A stretch of 63,953 bases of DNA, counting the filler, from Collodictyon triciliatum (lineage: Eukaryota): assembly GCA_043381765.1 (NCBI GenBank). It is 11 parts of 11 records of this genome, joined end to end, with 100 filler letters (N's around TTAATTAATTAA, not from the genome) between each part and the next. Parts side by side here need not be neighbours in the genome. Positions count along the whole stretch, not along the records: positions 1 to 6,361 come from JBHJMP010004517.1; positions 6,462 to 12,820 come from JBHJMP010004518.1; positions 12,921 to 19,274 come from JBHJMP010004519.1; 8 more parts are not named here. One strand, written 5' to 3'. Below the pieces are notes generated by a model, which was given only the letters and a program-made list of their open reading frames with translations, was not told the DNA's origin and searched no databases. Made by a program: the position numbers and the translations under genes. Positions 1-14,688 of the stretch are shown here, one piece after another. Position 1 is the first letter of the stretch. Every line of letters begins with the position of its first letter.

Positions 1-93
<93 letters not shown>
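1..93. repeat. (AAT)n microsatellite
   Basis: Perfect AAT tandem. Similar arrays at 2829-2857, 12921-13050 and 62646-62737. Confidence 0.95.
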
Positions 94-94
<1 letters not shown>

Positions 95-311
95 TGGGCA
101 ATAGAATTGAACCATTAAAAAAGGCAATTTTTTTAAGGAAAAGAATTTAACCCATCTTCTCCGTGAAAAATGATTCTTACGAGGAGCAATATACCTAATT
201 TTAAAATTGAGAGAATCGGGTCATCTTTTGAAAATATTTTTCTTATTTTAATTCTACCTTTCAATTTGTGAAAATATGTCTTCTTATAAACAATCTCATA
301 TGTTGTGCTTT

Positions 312-2797
312 TTAATAGATTTCCCCCCTTGAATTACCATTTTTGCAGGAAATAAGCGCGGCTATAAGGATGAAAGCGACCAAACCAAATGCAAAATAAA
401 AAATTCCGATGGCTGCACCAAGAACAGAGGCCGTTATGTCAACCCACGATGTATAATTCCTTATATTAAATATCCCATTCCTGTACAAAAACCAATTAAA
501 GGGGATAAAAAATCTTGAGAAAAAAAGGACTGGAGTCATCTTAGAATCGTAATCGAGATGCGCCCAACATTCTCGCCTCTCGTATGTGCCCCACCGAATC
601 GCTTTCCTGAATACAATATGTACCCAATAATAGAACGACATATATGCCCTGTAAATATGTCTCAATGGAAGCAATATATTGACTGGAGCTGGAAGGGCGT
701 CTTCTTGCATTTCTAGCACAATGTCAGTGCGAACAAGGTCATATTGTCTCTTCGAGTCGACAATCACCTCCTCGTACTTATGGCTGAGTACTGCTATTAA
801 AAGGTTGATGAGAAGGATGTTGAACATAAACAAAAAGCCAAAATAGAGGGCAGGACCGAGAACTGGACTCGCCGTCTCGATATCTTGAAATTCGAGGCCA
901 CCAAACATAAGAGAGATGAAACTGTAACCAACATCTACGCCACTGGACATAGATATAACATTCTTTCCCACAACGACATATGTTGCCGTTCCAAAAGCAG
1001 CCATAAACACAATAATAATTATAAAAAACATGATCATATCACCAAACATTTGGTAAATGATAGTCAGCAATAAACCAAATTTTCTTTGCGCTTGAAGGAA
1101 GTAAAGTATTCTTGTCCAAGAGAAAAAGTTCAGCATACTGAGAAAATGCTGCTTCACATAATCAAACCGAACTATTTTGTGATAATTTTCGAACTCCTTT
1201 GCAAATGATCTATCTCCAAACGAATGATATGGAGATAGAGTATTAACATAAATGTGTATGCCGATTGTAGTCACCAACAGCAAATTAATTGATGCATCGA
1301 TCAAATTCCATCCAGAGGTCACAAATAAGTTTATTCCCTCCTCAGCAGCTTGGTCGATTTCATGAATTAAAAATCCAAATGCGTACAACAACAGTACAAT
1401 TCCAACAAAATTCGAAGATAGATGGCTGGCATAATTTAGTCGAACAACAGTGTAAACCCTTGTTGAAATTATATTATCCCCAGAGGCAGGATACTCAATC
1501 ATTTGAACGACATATGCCAACAAATTGGCATTATCGCATGCGACCAGAATTTCAAGAAAAACAACTCTTGATTGGATATCCAGCCACCCACTATCCTGTA
1601 GCTGATTCAATCGCAATACAGCTTCAGTTTGATTGATAGGCAGATCTTCAGCAAATCCACCGCCGTGGTACCATATTCGTTGTAGACCGTAAGTGCTAAT
1701 ACCAGATAAATCATATTCGCTCTTCCAATTAAAGCTTTCAGGGTAACCATACTCGTTCTTATCTTCATGGTCTTTGTTATAAGAAGACACGCACTTTGTA
1801 TCGTTCGACAGAGGAATGCTAACACCCGGTAATGGTTGGGTTCCACAGCTGTGAATTTTCATTCGAAGCTGACGTATTCGAATCGGAGAGGACAGTCGAT
1901 AATATGATAATCTTTCAGATTCAGAGGTTCCTTGTGAAAGATTTCCATTTGTATTCCAGCCATTATACGCAGCTGGGATGAATATCCCCTCTACATAGTT
2001 GAACAGCCCATTCGATAGCAGAGGTCTATCCTCATGCTTAATATCGAAAGTATCCTCCAATGTCTTTGTGAAAAAAACTGAGGAAACTCCATCTGACAAG
2101 TTTTGGTTTGCTGTAAATATAGCCAGCGTTACAATATACATCATATAAAGAAAAAAGCAAAGATAGAAATTCCCTCTTGGAGACTTTGAAAATGTGGCGC
2201 TGTACTTGAAGAAATTAAAGACAAATCCGATCTCTTTGTCAAACATCTTGAATCTTTTCTGATGACCAGAGTGTTTTCCCGTTGTTTTTGAATTTTCGAG
2301 ATTCTCGACATCACTGCTAACCAGGTCTTCTTCATACTTACATTGGTTGAAATTTTCCTTCGAAGACATTCCAGGTCCGATGTAAACTATCTCTTCAACA
2401 TGTTCACCGCGTGAAGAGTTGCCGATCCAAATATCACTAACTTTCTTTGATACATTAGGGTTCGATAGAAAGTATTTTGCTTTAGCTTCGCGAGCCTTTC
2501 TTATGTAGTTTTCAGGTACTTCGTAGCTACCTCTTATTATTTCTGACCTTTCAGCTTCTTTTTGGATTAACTTCACAGCGTAAAAGTCAAACATTATAGG
2601 GATGCATGGATCGTTGATGGATGACTTTCGAAGCGAGTCTAGTACTCCAAGAACCCTCTCAATAGGATCTCTTGTCCGTTCATCATTTGCCACATAGAGA
2701 GGTAAGAGAGCTTCAATAAAACGGCTGAAATCACCCGGATTTCCTTCGAGAGTTAAATGCTTCAGATGTAAAATGGAGCAAAGCTCGGGTGGAAATG
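312..2797 (-). CDS. Polycystin/TRPP-like cation channel exon (PKD_channel domain), probably the 3' part of the upstream LRR gene
   Basis: 793-aa ORF with polycystin hallmarks (IRIRQLR, YHGGGFAEDL, LQDSGWLDIQSRVVFLE, WNLID, six TM segments, pore region, LLINLLIAVLS). The frame stays open upstream to a CAG acceptor at 2800-2798 and encodes an LRR (FPPELCSILHLKHLTLEGNP). Confidence 0.9.
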
Positions 2798-3046
2798 CTG
2801 TATTTTAGAATTTTAATCACGTTTGACAATAATAATAATAATAATAATAATAATAATNNNNNNNNNNNNNNNNNNNNNNNNNNNNNNNNNNNNNNNNNNN
2901 NNNNNNNNNNNNNNNNNNNNNNNNNNNNNNNNAAGCGGTATTAAAGCTCTTTTGTTTTTAACATATCATCGTATGACTTAAGAGAATGAAGGAAGTAAAG
3001 AACGAAAATAAAAGGATATGATATTTTGAATAATACGAAATCTTAC

Positions 3047-5777
3047 AAACTTCATGAATATGATACCAAACATCTGGATTTTGTGCGGGGTCGATTGAAG
3101 GGTCTTCAATTATCTCTAGTCGGTTAAAATCAAGATTCAATACATGCAAGTTAGATAGATTGCTTATAAAAGATGGAACAGAAGTAATCATATTGTGGCT
3201 GATATTTAGCTCCACTAAATCTTTCATATACTGTGTTTGCTCTGGAAAAATACGAAATCTATTTTTCGATATATCAAGTGATGTTAGTCTGGTGAGGTGC
3301 TTCGAGAAATTACTCAATATTATGATTTCTTTTTTTGAAATGTTCAATAATTTATCTCGATTTTGAAAGGAGTCCCACATAACTCCTTCAATCTTATCAG
3401 GACAGCTCAATACAATTCTATCGATATGTAGAAAAATTCCAATATTTTCTGGAATTTCTGTAAATTGATTATTTTTTACATCTAAGGTTCTTAAACTCTT
3501 CAGGTTTGCGATTTCCTGGGGAATAGATGTAAACTTGTTGGATGATATACCGAGATATTCAAGCACAGTAAGGTTTTCAATGCTTCTGGGAAAACATCGA
3601 ATGAAGTTTTCATGTAGAGATAAGCTTACTATTGATTCAAGATTCATAAATATATCAGGAATCTTATCGAGCTGGTTTCCAGATGCCAATAGAACTCTAA
3701 TGGATGAGAGATTTGAAAAACTTTTCGGCAAACTTGATATTCTGTTGTACGAAAGATTCAGTTCTGTTAATCTGATTAGACATGATATTTCTTCGGGTAA
3801 GAACGAAAGCGCGTTTCTTTCTAGGGTTAGAAATTCTAATTTAGTTACTCCCCTCAAACCAGATACCCTCTCAATCATGTTTGATTCTAGCATCAAAATT
3901 TTTAGTCTTGGAAGACTTAAAATTCCATGGAAGTCCTTAAGTTTGTTTTTCCGAAGATCAAGCTTGGTCAAACTAGTGTTTGCAACTCCATCGTAGGGTT
4001 CCTGGCTCCTTAGTGCTAAGGCTGATATACGATTGGAGCTGACGTTCAGCTGTCTTAATGTTGAAATGTAAAGTATTTTAGTGGGCAGTTCACTAATTTT
4101 ATTATTTCCCACATCAATCGAAGATATCACGGGCGAAAAAGTATTAAATGCTAATGACGTCAACTGGTTGGAAGAAAGATCGACATGTTCTAGCGACGAT
4201 AACATTTCAATGTCTTCTAATCCGTAGAGGAAATTACGGATTGCTCTCAATTCTTTCAGTTTATTTGGTAGACCAGATAAAGATTTCAGCATATTTTCAG
4301 ATACATCCACAGTAATTAATTGAGTCAAGGAGGAGATATCGTATGGTAGTCTAGTGTAATCGCATTTACGAAGGCATATTTTTGTCACATTTTTCATTTC
4401 CTTGAGGTTGTGCATAATGTGATTCGCTCCGATATTTTCAATAATATTTAAGGACCGAATATCACTATTTATTTGATGTTCAGACGAATTATGTGAATCA
4501 AAACCTGTATGTTTATTATTCATCGATAGAAATCGACAACCACGGAATGATGAACCACGGGTATGTCCCTCACTAATCATATCGTCATCGATTTCCCAAA
4601 AATCAAGGCGATTTAGAAATTTCTGCAGGGCATATGTTAAATCCAGATGTTTATTTTTTTTCAGAAGTATAATTTTTAGACTATCCAGAGCCTGAAGTGC
4701 GTCATCGATGTTCCTTAGGTCATTTTTTGTTAAATCAAAAACTTTGACATATTTAAGCTTAGGTAGCATTTCATGTGGAATTTGATGTTGTTTGTTGCCT
4801 CTCCAAGATAATTTTTCGATCCGCCCAGACAAAGATGCATGGTCAAGGTATTCTAGCGACAACTCAAGGCATTTTTTCTGATCAGTTGACTTGATTCGTA
4901 AACTTTCTGATTTGATATGGTAATAAACCGTGTATTCTACTTTATTCAGAGTATATCCATGAACTAGGCGAACATTAATTGATTTGCTTTTAGGGAGCTC
5001 CTGGAGAAGTGCACATGGATAAGGATTTCCATCCAGATTCAATTCAGACAAATATCTCAATTTGTATATACTTGAAGGAAGTTCGATAAAACAGTTGTTG
5101 CTGATGTTCAGGTGAATCAAATTTTTAAGCATAGTGATTTCATCAGGAAGTAAACTAAATCTGTTATTAGCTAACGTAAGGCGTTCCAATGAAAAAATAT
5201 CGGCCATGTTGGATATTGATGAAGCCAGGCTCGATGGAAATTCATTTGATTCAAGATGCAGCCCCTGATCTTTTATCAAGAGATTGGTCTCATCACTATC
5301 CAATTCTTGGAGGCTTTGAAGGCGTGGTTCGAAGTACATAAGCTCTAATGAGCACAGTTTTTTGCATAAAACAATACTCTTGGGGATAACTAAGGAGCGA
5401 TCTGATACAAATGACAGTTTTAGATACTCTAGACTTTTATTTGTATGCTTAAAAATAGTCTGTAAGGTTTCTAATGCAACATCTTCAGCATAAACGCGAG
5501 ATAAATTTTGCATTGATGTCAAAAGCTTGAGGTCTTGATTCTGGATACTGATGAAAGCATCGGATTCATGTGCCAAGGTACCATCTCTGGGCGAAAGACT
5601 GCTCGGTTGATTATCCTGTGCACACTGAGGCCCTTTTATTATGACAACCTGACTGTCGGAATTTCTCCCTGTAAAATCAACTAATTTTGAACTTTCTGGG
5701 CGAATTATATTTCTTCTCAACCCTGCATTAGGCAAACTACCATCTAAAGACTCCACATTTGCTGAGCGAGGAATCAT
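3047..5777 (-). CDS. Large leucine-rich-repeat exon (about 910 aa, more than 20 LRRs)
   Basis: Repeated LxxLxLxxNxLxxLP motifs throughout ORF 2958-5777. GTAAGA donor at 3046. Confidence 0.9.
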
Positions 5778-6405
5778 CTATTAATAAGCAGTTAGCATGT
5801 TTAACTTTTTAAAAATGTAAAAGGATTTACGTCCCATGGACATATTTTTATTCTTTTTACATAAAAATCAGACCATTCAATTTTATTGCGTAAGTTTCTT
5901 TTTTCTTTTACTTTCACTATTATAATAACTATTTGTAGGATTTTCTGTGGTCGCGCAGAATTATAAAAAGAAATTGAGCCAAAAATACGTTGACTTGTGT
6001 TGTTTTCGTGAAAGCAAATAATTGATTTATACTAAATCTCGCCACACTTATCAAAATAAATAAATAAACATTTGGACTAGAATTAAAAAAACACCGAAAA
6101 ATCCAGAATAAAAGTAAAAAATAAAAATAAAAATAAAAATAAAAATAAAAAATAAAAGAATCAATAAAAATAAAAATAAAAAATAAAAGAATCAAATAGT
6201 AAAGAATAAAAAGAATAAAAAGAATAAAAAGAATAAAAAGAATAAAAAGAATAAAAAGAAAAAAAGAAAAAAAAAGAAAAAAAAAAAAAAAGAAAAAAAG
6301 AAAAAAAGAAAAAAAGAAAAAAAGAAAAAAAGAAAAAAAGAAAAAAAGAAAAAAAAGAAAANNNNNNNNNNNNNNNNNNNNNNNNNNNNNNNNNNNNNNN
6401 NNNNN

Positions 6406-6417
6406 TTAATTAATTAA
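6406..6417. other. Artificial contig linker TTAATTAATTAA flanked by Ns (stops in all six frames)
   Basis: The same linker occurs at 6406, 12865, 19319, 25770, 32219, 38654, 45099, 51544, 57988 and 62590. Confidence 0.98.
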
Positions 6418-6767
6418 NNNNNNNNNNNNNNNNNNNNNNNNNNNNNNNNNNNNNNNNNNNNAAAAGAATAAAGAAATAAAAGAATAAAGAAATAAAAGAA
6501 TAAAGAAATAAAAGAATAAAGAAATAAAAGAATAAAGAAATAAAAGAATAAAGAAATAAAAGAAATAGAGGTATAAACAAAGAAAGAACGAAATGCATTT
6601 AAAACAAAGAAAGAACGAAATGCATTCAAAACAAAGAAATGTAGCCTATTTTAGCATTAGTGCATTAAATTCGAATAAAGGGAAAACCATATAAGCGCAC
6701 AAATTTCTCCAGACGATGTCATTTTGTATTTCCAATTATTGCACGTGATTCACTTTCTACAAAATAG

Positions 6768-9700
6768 CCTCGAAGTGAGAATTCAATCAGTTCAAGGACT
6801 GCACTAATAAAAGGGCTCGGTTTAGAGAAAGTTTACAAGCGCAACAAAGAACGAGGTGTGAATAATACTCAGTATAACCCAAATTCATCCTTTGAAATCA
6901 CCCAACCACGTGGAATGCTCCACATATTGAATTATCCTGTATATTAATTTTGAAGTGTCTATTTTTTCGCTTTCTTTCAATGTGGAGGACATAGTCAGTA
7001 TCGATCAATTTGGATGATATATGATTATTTTTTTTGCTTTATTGCAAATTTTCTGATAAATGGCACGTTCAATCGAGTCACAAATCACAATATTTATCTC
7101 CCCCATCACATAACAGAGCAGCCATTGCAAACAACGTTGGAAATGATAATCGACCATCTTCTCAATCCTTCCAAAGAGCGCGAAGGTGCCCACAACACTG
7201 ACCCACTTGCATCGTCGCTCACAAGAGGTGTACACGGACTCGCAGCCAATGATGGACTGGCCTCACAAGTACCACAAAGCCTTGTATCAACCGCGCCCGC
7301 TGCCAGGAAAATATCGCAGTCATCTCCGTCTCCCGCCCATGGCATCAACCCAGCATCGAGCAAACCCTCTGGTGCAAATGCTGGGCCATCTCCTGTATTA
7401 TCCGCCCAACACCAGCCCGAAGGTGGTTTCGATGCGAAGAAATCCAATATAGCCAAGGTATATAAAGCCGTCACAGAAAATGACGACTCTCATGTGCCAC
7501 AGAGACCCTCTTCATCTGGAAAACGCAGGCCAAAGAACGACGCGCCCAAGTCGTCATCTGGTGTGTTCGAGGGGAACGAAAAGTTGCTCATGGAAGACTT
7601 TGGAGATGAAGATGGTCACTCTCACTATCACCAGCCATCAGGTCGCCATGTCTTTTACATGAATACTCATCTCTGTATCCAATCAAAACATGCTTCATTG
7701 AATTTTACCACTACACACACCCATGTGTGTGAGTGTGTGTTGTGACGCTTTTTTTTTTATCCCATAAGTCTAGATATTTGATTGAATTGGTTCGTGAATA
7801 TTCAATGTTTTATTCTATCTTAGGTGGAAAACTCGCATCTTCCTACCCGACTCAAAAGCGAGCCCCGAAAGGAATCCCTATCCCCATCGATACAGCCAAG
7901 CAGTTACGATTACTAATGTTTGGAAGAATGGGTTCGTTCAATGAAGAGTGGAAACAAGGCTTTTACTATGATAATCACCAGAACATACGTTACGGGCTTG
8001 TGCAACAAAAGGTGAGGGAATTTGTTCCCTGGAATCAGGCTTTACCATCTTAAACTTTGAATCGCATAAAGCAGATCCCCTGAATTCAATCAATAACAAA
8101 TTGCGTATCAAAAAATTCTTATAAACCCCCTTTACCAATAAAAAGGATTCCTTCTCTCGTGTGAGAGTTTTTCGTTGAAGCCAATCCAACATATTTTTTT
8201 TATATCATAGTTATGTTAAACTTCGACCTGCTTGACAGTTTTCTTTAAAATATGAATTGCTTTTTTAATTCACTTGAACACTAGGGCGGTCCTTGTGGGG
8301 TCATTGCGAGTGTGCAGTCATTCATCATCATGCAGCTTTTGTACAAACTCGAGAAAGAGCCAAAATCATCGTGAGTCAAATATATACCTTTTTCTTTCAA
8401 TGTCATACCTGTTTGACATGACTTATTTAATCGACCATACCGTAACATATACAGTATAACCTTTCAATGAACCCACAACACTAAAGATGAAATCATAAAA
8501 TATAAATCACCCGTCGTTGTAGGCCACTGAATCCATCAGATAAGCATCGTCGAAAGGCCTTGGTTGAAGCCATGGTGGACATTTTATGGCAAATTGGTGA
8601 TCGTAGGATTGGGCGCTTATGCATGTTTGTTTTGTTCATGATTCTTTTTTTTTTTTTTTTTTTGGGATTCAATTATTCTCTTATCAACTTGAGTTCGGAT
8701 TGGATTTATCATTTCCCCTCTAACTATTCATATCTTAACTCATCTCGCTGTCGAATATCTGATAGGCCTGGAGCCAAGCGTGATTATGAGCCAGCTGCTG
8801 AGTACAAGGCAGATGGGTACACAGAATATGCTGTAGTATATGATTTCCTAACACAAGATGATTTGAGAGATTATCTGACTGAAAGCGTTGACCAGGTTAT
8901 CTCTCATCTCATAAAGCACTGCGCTGATGTAACTGATGTCTAGTTTGAATGTATCTAGAATTTGTTCATTTGTTTGTTCTCTCATTTTAAACGAGTTTCT
9001 TACATTATTTCACCATCAGTTTATGACGCCCAATGGCAGGGGAATAATATTCTTCACATACTCTGCAATCCTATCCCGGGGGATATTCAGCTTACGAGAA
9101 GACATGGATAACCCTGATGGGTGCTTAATGGGCGCTCATGGATATTGTACTCTGGTACACACGCTTTTTTTTTTTTTATAGGCCATTGCTGAAAATTTCT
9201 GGTGAAAGTCTTGCGTAGAGGATATATGACCCACTCCACTGAAAATTATTTTCACCAAATATGTGAGGGTAGGAATTAGTCAATCTCTTGCTACATGGAC
9301 GAGCACATTCAAATGTATTTGATGGTCAGCTTATGCTCGGGGATGGAGGTGCTGACAAAACTATTCTGCGAGGAATTCAAAGGCAAAACCACATAGGATT
9401 TTTAACTCTTTTTGAACACTACAATTCTCTTAAGGTTTGTCATATTCACATGATTTTCAAATATATCAGTTCTCTCTTTTTTTCCTCTCTCTGTTCTTTT
9501 CATAACCATATCTTATGTCTTGAAAACCTTTGCATAGCCTTTATTCTTTTCCTCTTGCTTTTTTTCCCGGTCTTATTATTGATAATCAATATTTTATTAT
9601 TATTTCTTGTGTGGTTTATTTTTCCGTGTCTTACCTACTATTCGATGCTAGGTGGGCGACTATTACAAAAAACCAAAATACCCCATCTGGGTTATTTGCA

Positions 9701-10059
9701 GTGAGAGCCATTTTACAACCTTGTTTGCCTTGGAGCCGATATCGGACACGCAGAAGCGCTTCGAGCTTCTATACTACGACGAGCTCGCCCATCAGGACGA
9801 CGAGTACCGGCTGGGAATAGGTAATTGTTTACACGCATTTTACTCTGAACTTTGCTCCGTTCTTTTCTTCCTCCTCTTCTTTTCCTTTTTCCCGTCGCCT
9901 CGGCCAGTCCGCAGCTCAGGTTAATATTCTGCAGACCTGACCAACCCACAGCCCGTGCCGCACAAAGATGGGGATTTGACACCACCTTTGGACCTTTGCA
10001 TCCGCACAAAGTGGCCTAATGCCCGAGTAACGTGGATTGGGTGTGAACCCATTCTGTAA
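6768..10059 (+). CDS. MINDY4: MINDY-family deubiquitinase MINDY4 (FAM188B)-like, multi-exon, 5' end missing
   Basis: Exons encode [48 protein letters not shown] (catalytic Cys), [34 protein letters not shown] (catalytic His) and C-terminal [25 protein letters not shown] (TAA 10057-10059). Confidence 0.9.
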
Positions 10060-10596
10060 ATCTGAAGGCTGGTGTGGTTTGTCATGAATAGTACGCAACC
10101 CAAGGCAATACAAGACAAGACAATAAATAGTCAAAAAAAAAAAAAGAAGAAAAAATATTCTTCATGAGATTAAAAACAAAGGTTTGAAAATATAGTGTGG
10201 GCTCCAACGAACCACCCCGCGGACGGATAGAATCCCACCCAAACCAAAATGTTTCTCCCTCTCCGTTATTATTTGCTTGTTCCGTCTCGTTGATTCTCAC
10301 TCGGAATAAAGCTCTGATTACCATCACATCTGTTTGATTTAATCTCATTTGCCCGTGCGCAGAACGCAGAGCAGGGGCGAGTCCATTTCCCGGAGAAAAA
10401 AACAACTATAGCTGGATTTGCTGTATGATTGGGACCCATTTCTTTTTTTTCTTTCTTTTTTTATTACTATTATTATTACTTAGCGATTCTGACGACATTA
10501 GGCACATATTTTTTTTTTATGACGTTGGGCACCGATAAGAGGAAAAGAAAATCATGCAAAAGGAATTTCTACTTTTACTTTTATTTTTATTTAAAG

Positions 10597-11914
10597 GAGA
10601 AGAAAAGATACATGAACCAAATAAGCGAGAGGCTGAGGCTTGGCCTGTTCGGTTGTGGGGCTCCTACCAGCAAACAAATCCGGGGAGCATCACGAACTCC
10701 GAGTCTTTTTCCGGTTGACATGTTGCTTTTGAATACAAATCAGACCCAAATTTGTGCGCATGTTTGATATTTACTCGCCGCGTTTGGCAGATTCCGTGTT
10801 TTCCTTTGTTTGGTTCGCCCCAGCAACACGAAAGGATGGGCAAACGCGACAAAAGGAATGGTTTAATGGCAACTGTACAATAACGAACACAATCATAAAG
10901 GCGAATGACGGGAGTGAAAAACAATCGAAGCAACGCATTTTCGGGTGGTCGATCGAGTCGGTGGGCACTTCATTCCTCCTGGGAAAAACCATACAGCCTC
11001 TAAAGAAAAAAAAAAAGGGAAAAAAGAGTTCATTTCTTTGTCCACATATTCCATTTCACTCATCCGAGGAAATTCGATAACAGTAACAACAATAATGCAT
11101 ATAATAAACATTCAGACCATTCAAACGCACTTTGCGATCTGTGGCATTAGGAAAACAGGAAAAAAAATGTTGTTCAACCTCTGATAAAGAGAAAGTACCT
11201 ATTGAAAACATTTATTTATTTTTTTTTTAGAAAAGAAAAGACGCAAGCAAGAAAGGAAGCATCGAGGAATCTCCCAAGGGCCGCTGTATTATTCACGTTG
11301 ATTTTGACTCACTCAGCTCATTTATAAGAACCAGGACAGCCAAGATGGATGACAAACATTTGCTGCACTCAAGAAGTCAGAGAGAGAATTCACTCCTTCG
11401 CATAATCTCTGCCGACAAAGGATCTCTCGTGGTCTTAACCTTCGACTCTCTGGCCCTAAGCGAAGTCTTCCGCAGCGATGAGTTCCCCGAGGACTTGGAG
11501 CCCAGTGAGTCGCACAACCTTACACAAGCAAGCCAACACTCCTCTTCCAACGTGAGCTCTTTAGAATCTGGAAAGCAGGAACACCTAGGGAAAGCAAAAA
11601 CCTCGTTGAGTTTCAAAAAGACGAGAAATAAAGGTACAGGGCCGGTCTACTGCGAAGAGGGGTTGACTGATGAGCAGAATCCTCCAGAACGATTCAGTCC
11701 CCCACCTGCTTTCTCAATCTTGCGCAGCCGCTCAGATGGTTCTTTGCCAGTCGGAGCTGCCGATGGTCCAAAAACGCAATCGCAGAGGAAAGTATCCTTG
11801 GCAAACATTCTCTCACGAAGGCAGAACGCACAGACAAGAAGGAAGGATCCACAAGCATCGCCAGAATCATCGCATACACACGGCGACAAAGCTGGAGATA
11901 CGGGTACTGCATAA
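10597..11914 (+). CDS. Hypothetical multi-exon protein with Ser/Gln-rich disordered C-terminus
   Basis: Phase-compatible exons at about 10597-10713, 10791-10960 and 11231-11914 (the last contains ORF 11345-11914). No recognisable domain. Confidence 0.4.
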
Positions 11915-12920
11915 ACCAAAGTTTATCTTTGTTAATTTTATTTTCCCCTTCTTTCAGCTGACAAGCTTTCTATTTCACCAAATGATATGCACAAAATGCA
12001 ATTAATCTCGTTTGGTTTGGTTCCATTCAGTTACACAGCCTGATGAAAAGGCTGTTCTGTTTTTTTATTCATATATTGATGTACCTTTTCCAAATATCAT
12101 TTCTGATTTCAAAGAAGCCAAATAGCTAACGTGTCACGATTTATTACAAAGAACCTGAAAAAGTCGTGGGCGCTCTGGATCTTAACTTGTGTGTATCTTC
12201 AAGAGCTTCCAACCTCGCCGCCAAGTATGAATTGAACCTTAATTATTCTACTCCAGTTTCTTTTTCATATTTTCCTCTTTTTCATAGGTTTACCACATAT
12301 ATTTATACAAACACCTGATAATATTATCGCATTCACGAATTAAGCGTGTTCCTTGATAACTTTTGCTATTCGCTATATCAACAGCATAAATCCCTCTCTT
12401 ATTTTAATTTCTCTGATAACATTTTTGAAAAAAATAAAAATAAAAACAAAAATAAAAACAAAAAACAAAAAACAAAAACAAAAACAAAAACAAAAAAATA
12501 AAAAAACAAAAATAAAAAAACAAAAACAAAAATAAAAATAAAAACAAAAACAAAAATAAAAACAAAAATAAAAACAAAAATAAAAACAAAAATAAAAACA
12601 AAAACAAAAATAAAACAAAAATAAAACAAAAACAAAAACAAAAATAAAAACAAAAAAACAAAAACAAAAAACCACAACATAGTGCCAAGCCATTCGAAGA
12701 TGTGCTAGATAAGGATATTATAGATATTTCGGTACTTAGGGCATACTCAACAACAGGTTTTGTGAATTTGCGGCACCAAAATGATAAAATATAGATACTC
12801 TTAGCTAGTGAATGTACACANNNNNNNNNNNNNNNNNNNNNNNNNNNNNNNNNNNNNNNNNNNNTTAATTAATTAANNNNNNNNNNNNNNNNNNNNNNNN
12901 NNNNNNNNNNNNNNNNNNNN

Positions 12921-13008
<88 letters not shown>

Positions 13009-13234
13009 CATAATAATAACCATAATCATAATAATCATAATAATAATACTAAAAACATATTCGCCGTATCTTGTGTCTTATTGCAAACATTCCTTCAAAT
13101 GTTTTATTTTGATGATTTGCATCGGATAATGGCCTGTTTTTTTTCTTCATCTTTCTTCTGTATTCCTTGGATGCAGCCGAATCAAGCGTTCGTCAGAGAT
13201 AAGAAAGCGCCATGCAACAGCACATCTCTTCGGC

Positions 13235-14656
13235 TTAGTATTGGTATACGATGCAATCTCGGCAATTGACAACGTAGAAGTGGTTGTTGATACCGAATGT
13301 GATTCCGCTGGGCAGAACTTGTTTGATGGAGTGCAGCTTTGTTCCATCTCCATCATAAAAGGCGATGGTATCGCCACTGCAGTCCGAGACAGCAAAGTCT
13401 TTCCCACCACAACGTGTAAGAAAGTTCCAATTGTCTCGTGTTTTTTGGATCGGAATGTACCGGATAAATGTCCCGTCTGTGTCAAACACATGGACTTTAT
13501 CATCCGGGCGAGATAAAACATAGACTTCATTATCATCGTTGATCATTATCCCATGGGGGTTCTGTACATGATTTGGCGACGTCGATCCACCAAACGACAT
13601 TAAGAACTCTCCACTCTTTGAGTATTTTGCTACGCCTGCGTTGGACACAGCAGCGTAGATGTTGTTGTCCTCATCAAAGCAGATCCCGAAAGGAGAGCAT
13701 GTCCGAACCTCGGTGGGGTGTTTGCATGGGGTGACTGCAGTCAGTTTGTACGAGCTGTTGAAGATTTGGATTCTGGAATTCCCGCGGTCAGCCACTGCAA
13801 TCACTTCCCCATCAAACGAGACAGCAACATCACTAACATCCTGGAAGCAGCCTTTACCATTCCCCACTGATCCAAAGGTAGTTATCAACTGGAGGTCATG
13901 TGTGAAAACAACTACACGCCCATGATTGTTATCAGCAACCAAAACGTTTCCATTCACAGGGTTTACAGCAACTCCAGCTGGATTACCAAGCTCATGTGAC
14001 ATCTCATCAGCCTTGCCAGTGGTACGTATATGATCGACTATCGAAAATATATTTCTTTCGATAGGTTCAAACCCTAAATACACAGCACGGTGATAGATTT
14101 TTTCATTTGTGGGGTCAAACTTAATCTTGGGTATGTTTGTGCGGATGTTCGGTATTTTGGGAGACTGCTCGGCAAGTTCTGAAGCCAAAGACGATATTCC
14201 ACTGACAAGATAGCTCATCTTCAGTGATGACACAGTCCCGATTTCGGATTTTTGATCGTAAACACGTTTGCTAGTGATTGAGATGCCTTTAGCGAAGTTT
14301 TTTAATGTCATGAGAGAACCTTCTTTCGACGATGCTTTTTTTGTGTAAGCTTGGCGAATTGCTTCTAGCTGAGATGTAGATTAGAATCAGTATGTAAATA
14401 TTGTGTCATTTGAATGGATTAGAGAAAAATGGGCAAATGACGCTAACTTATAGTAATGGTACAAGAGGAAGGCATTGTAATTATTGTTACTTGTCTCAAA
14501 ATACTCTCTTCTGTGTTACCGAGGGCAAGAAAGAGACTGCTATGCTTTTTTAATATAATAACATCAACAGCCTCGAATTCTTCGTTGACCTTTCCCATTC
14601 AGAATATCATAGTATGAGGTTATTTCATCGCATTTGTTAGTATACTTCCACTCCAG

Positions 14657-14688
<32 letters not shown>

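Noticed and set aside
6362-6461. Regularly spaced TTAATTAATTAA repeats every ~6.4 kb
   Set aside because: Artificial contig linkers embedded in N runs. Gene adjacency across them is meaningless.
12353-12693. Phe/Cys/Lys-rich ORFs here and at 18874-19330, 31985-32230 and 63405-63841
   Set aside because: Translations of microsatellites.
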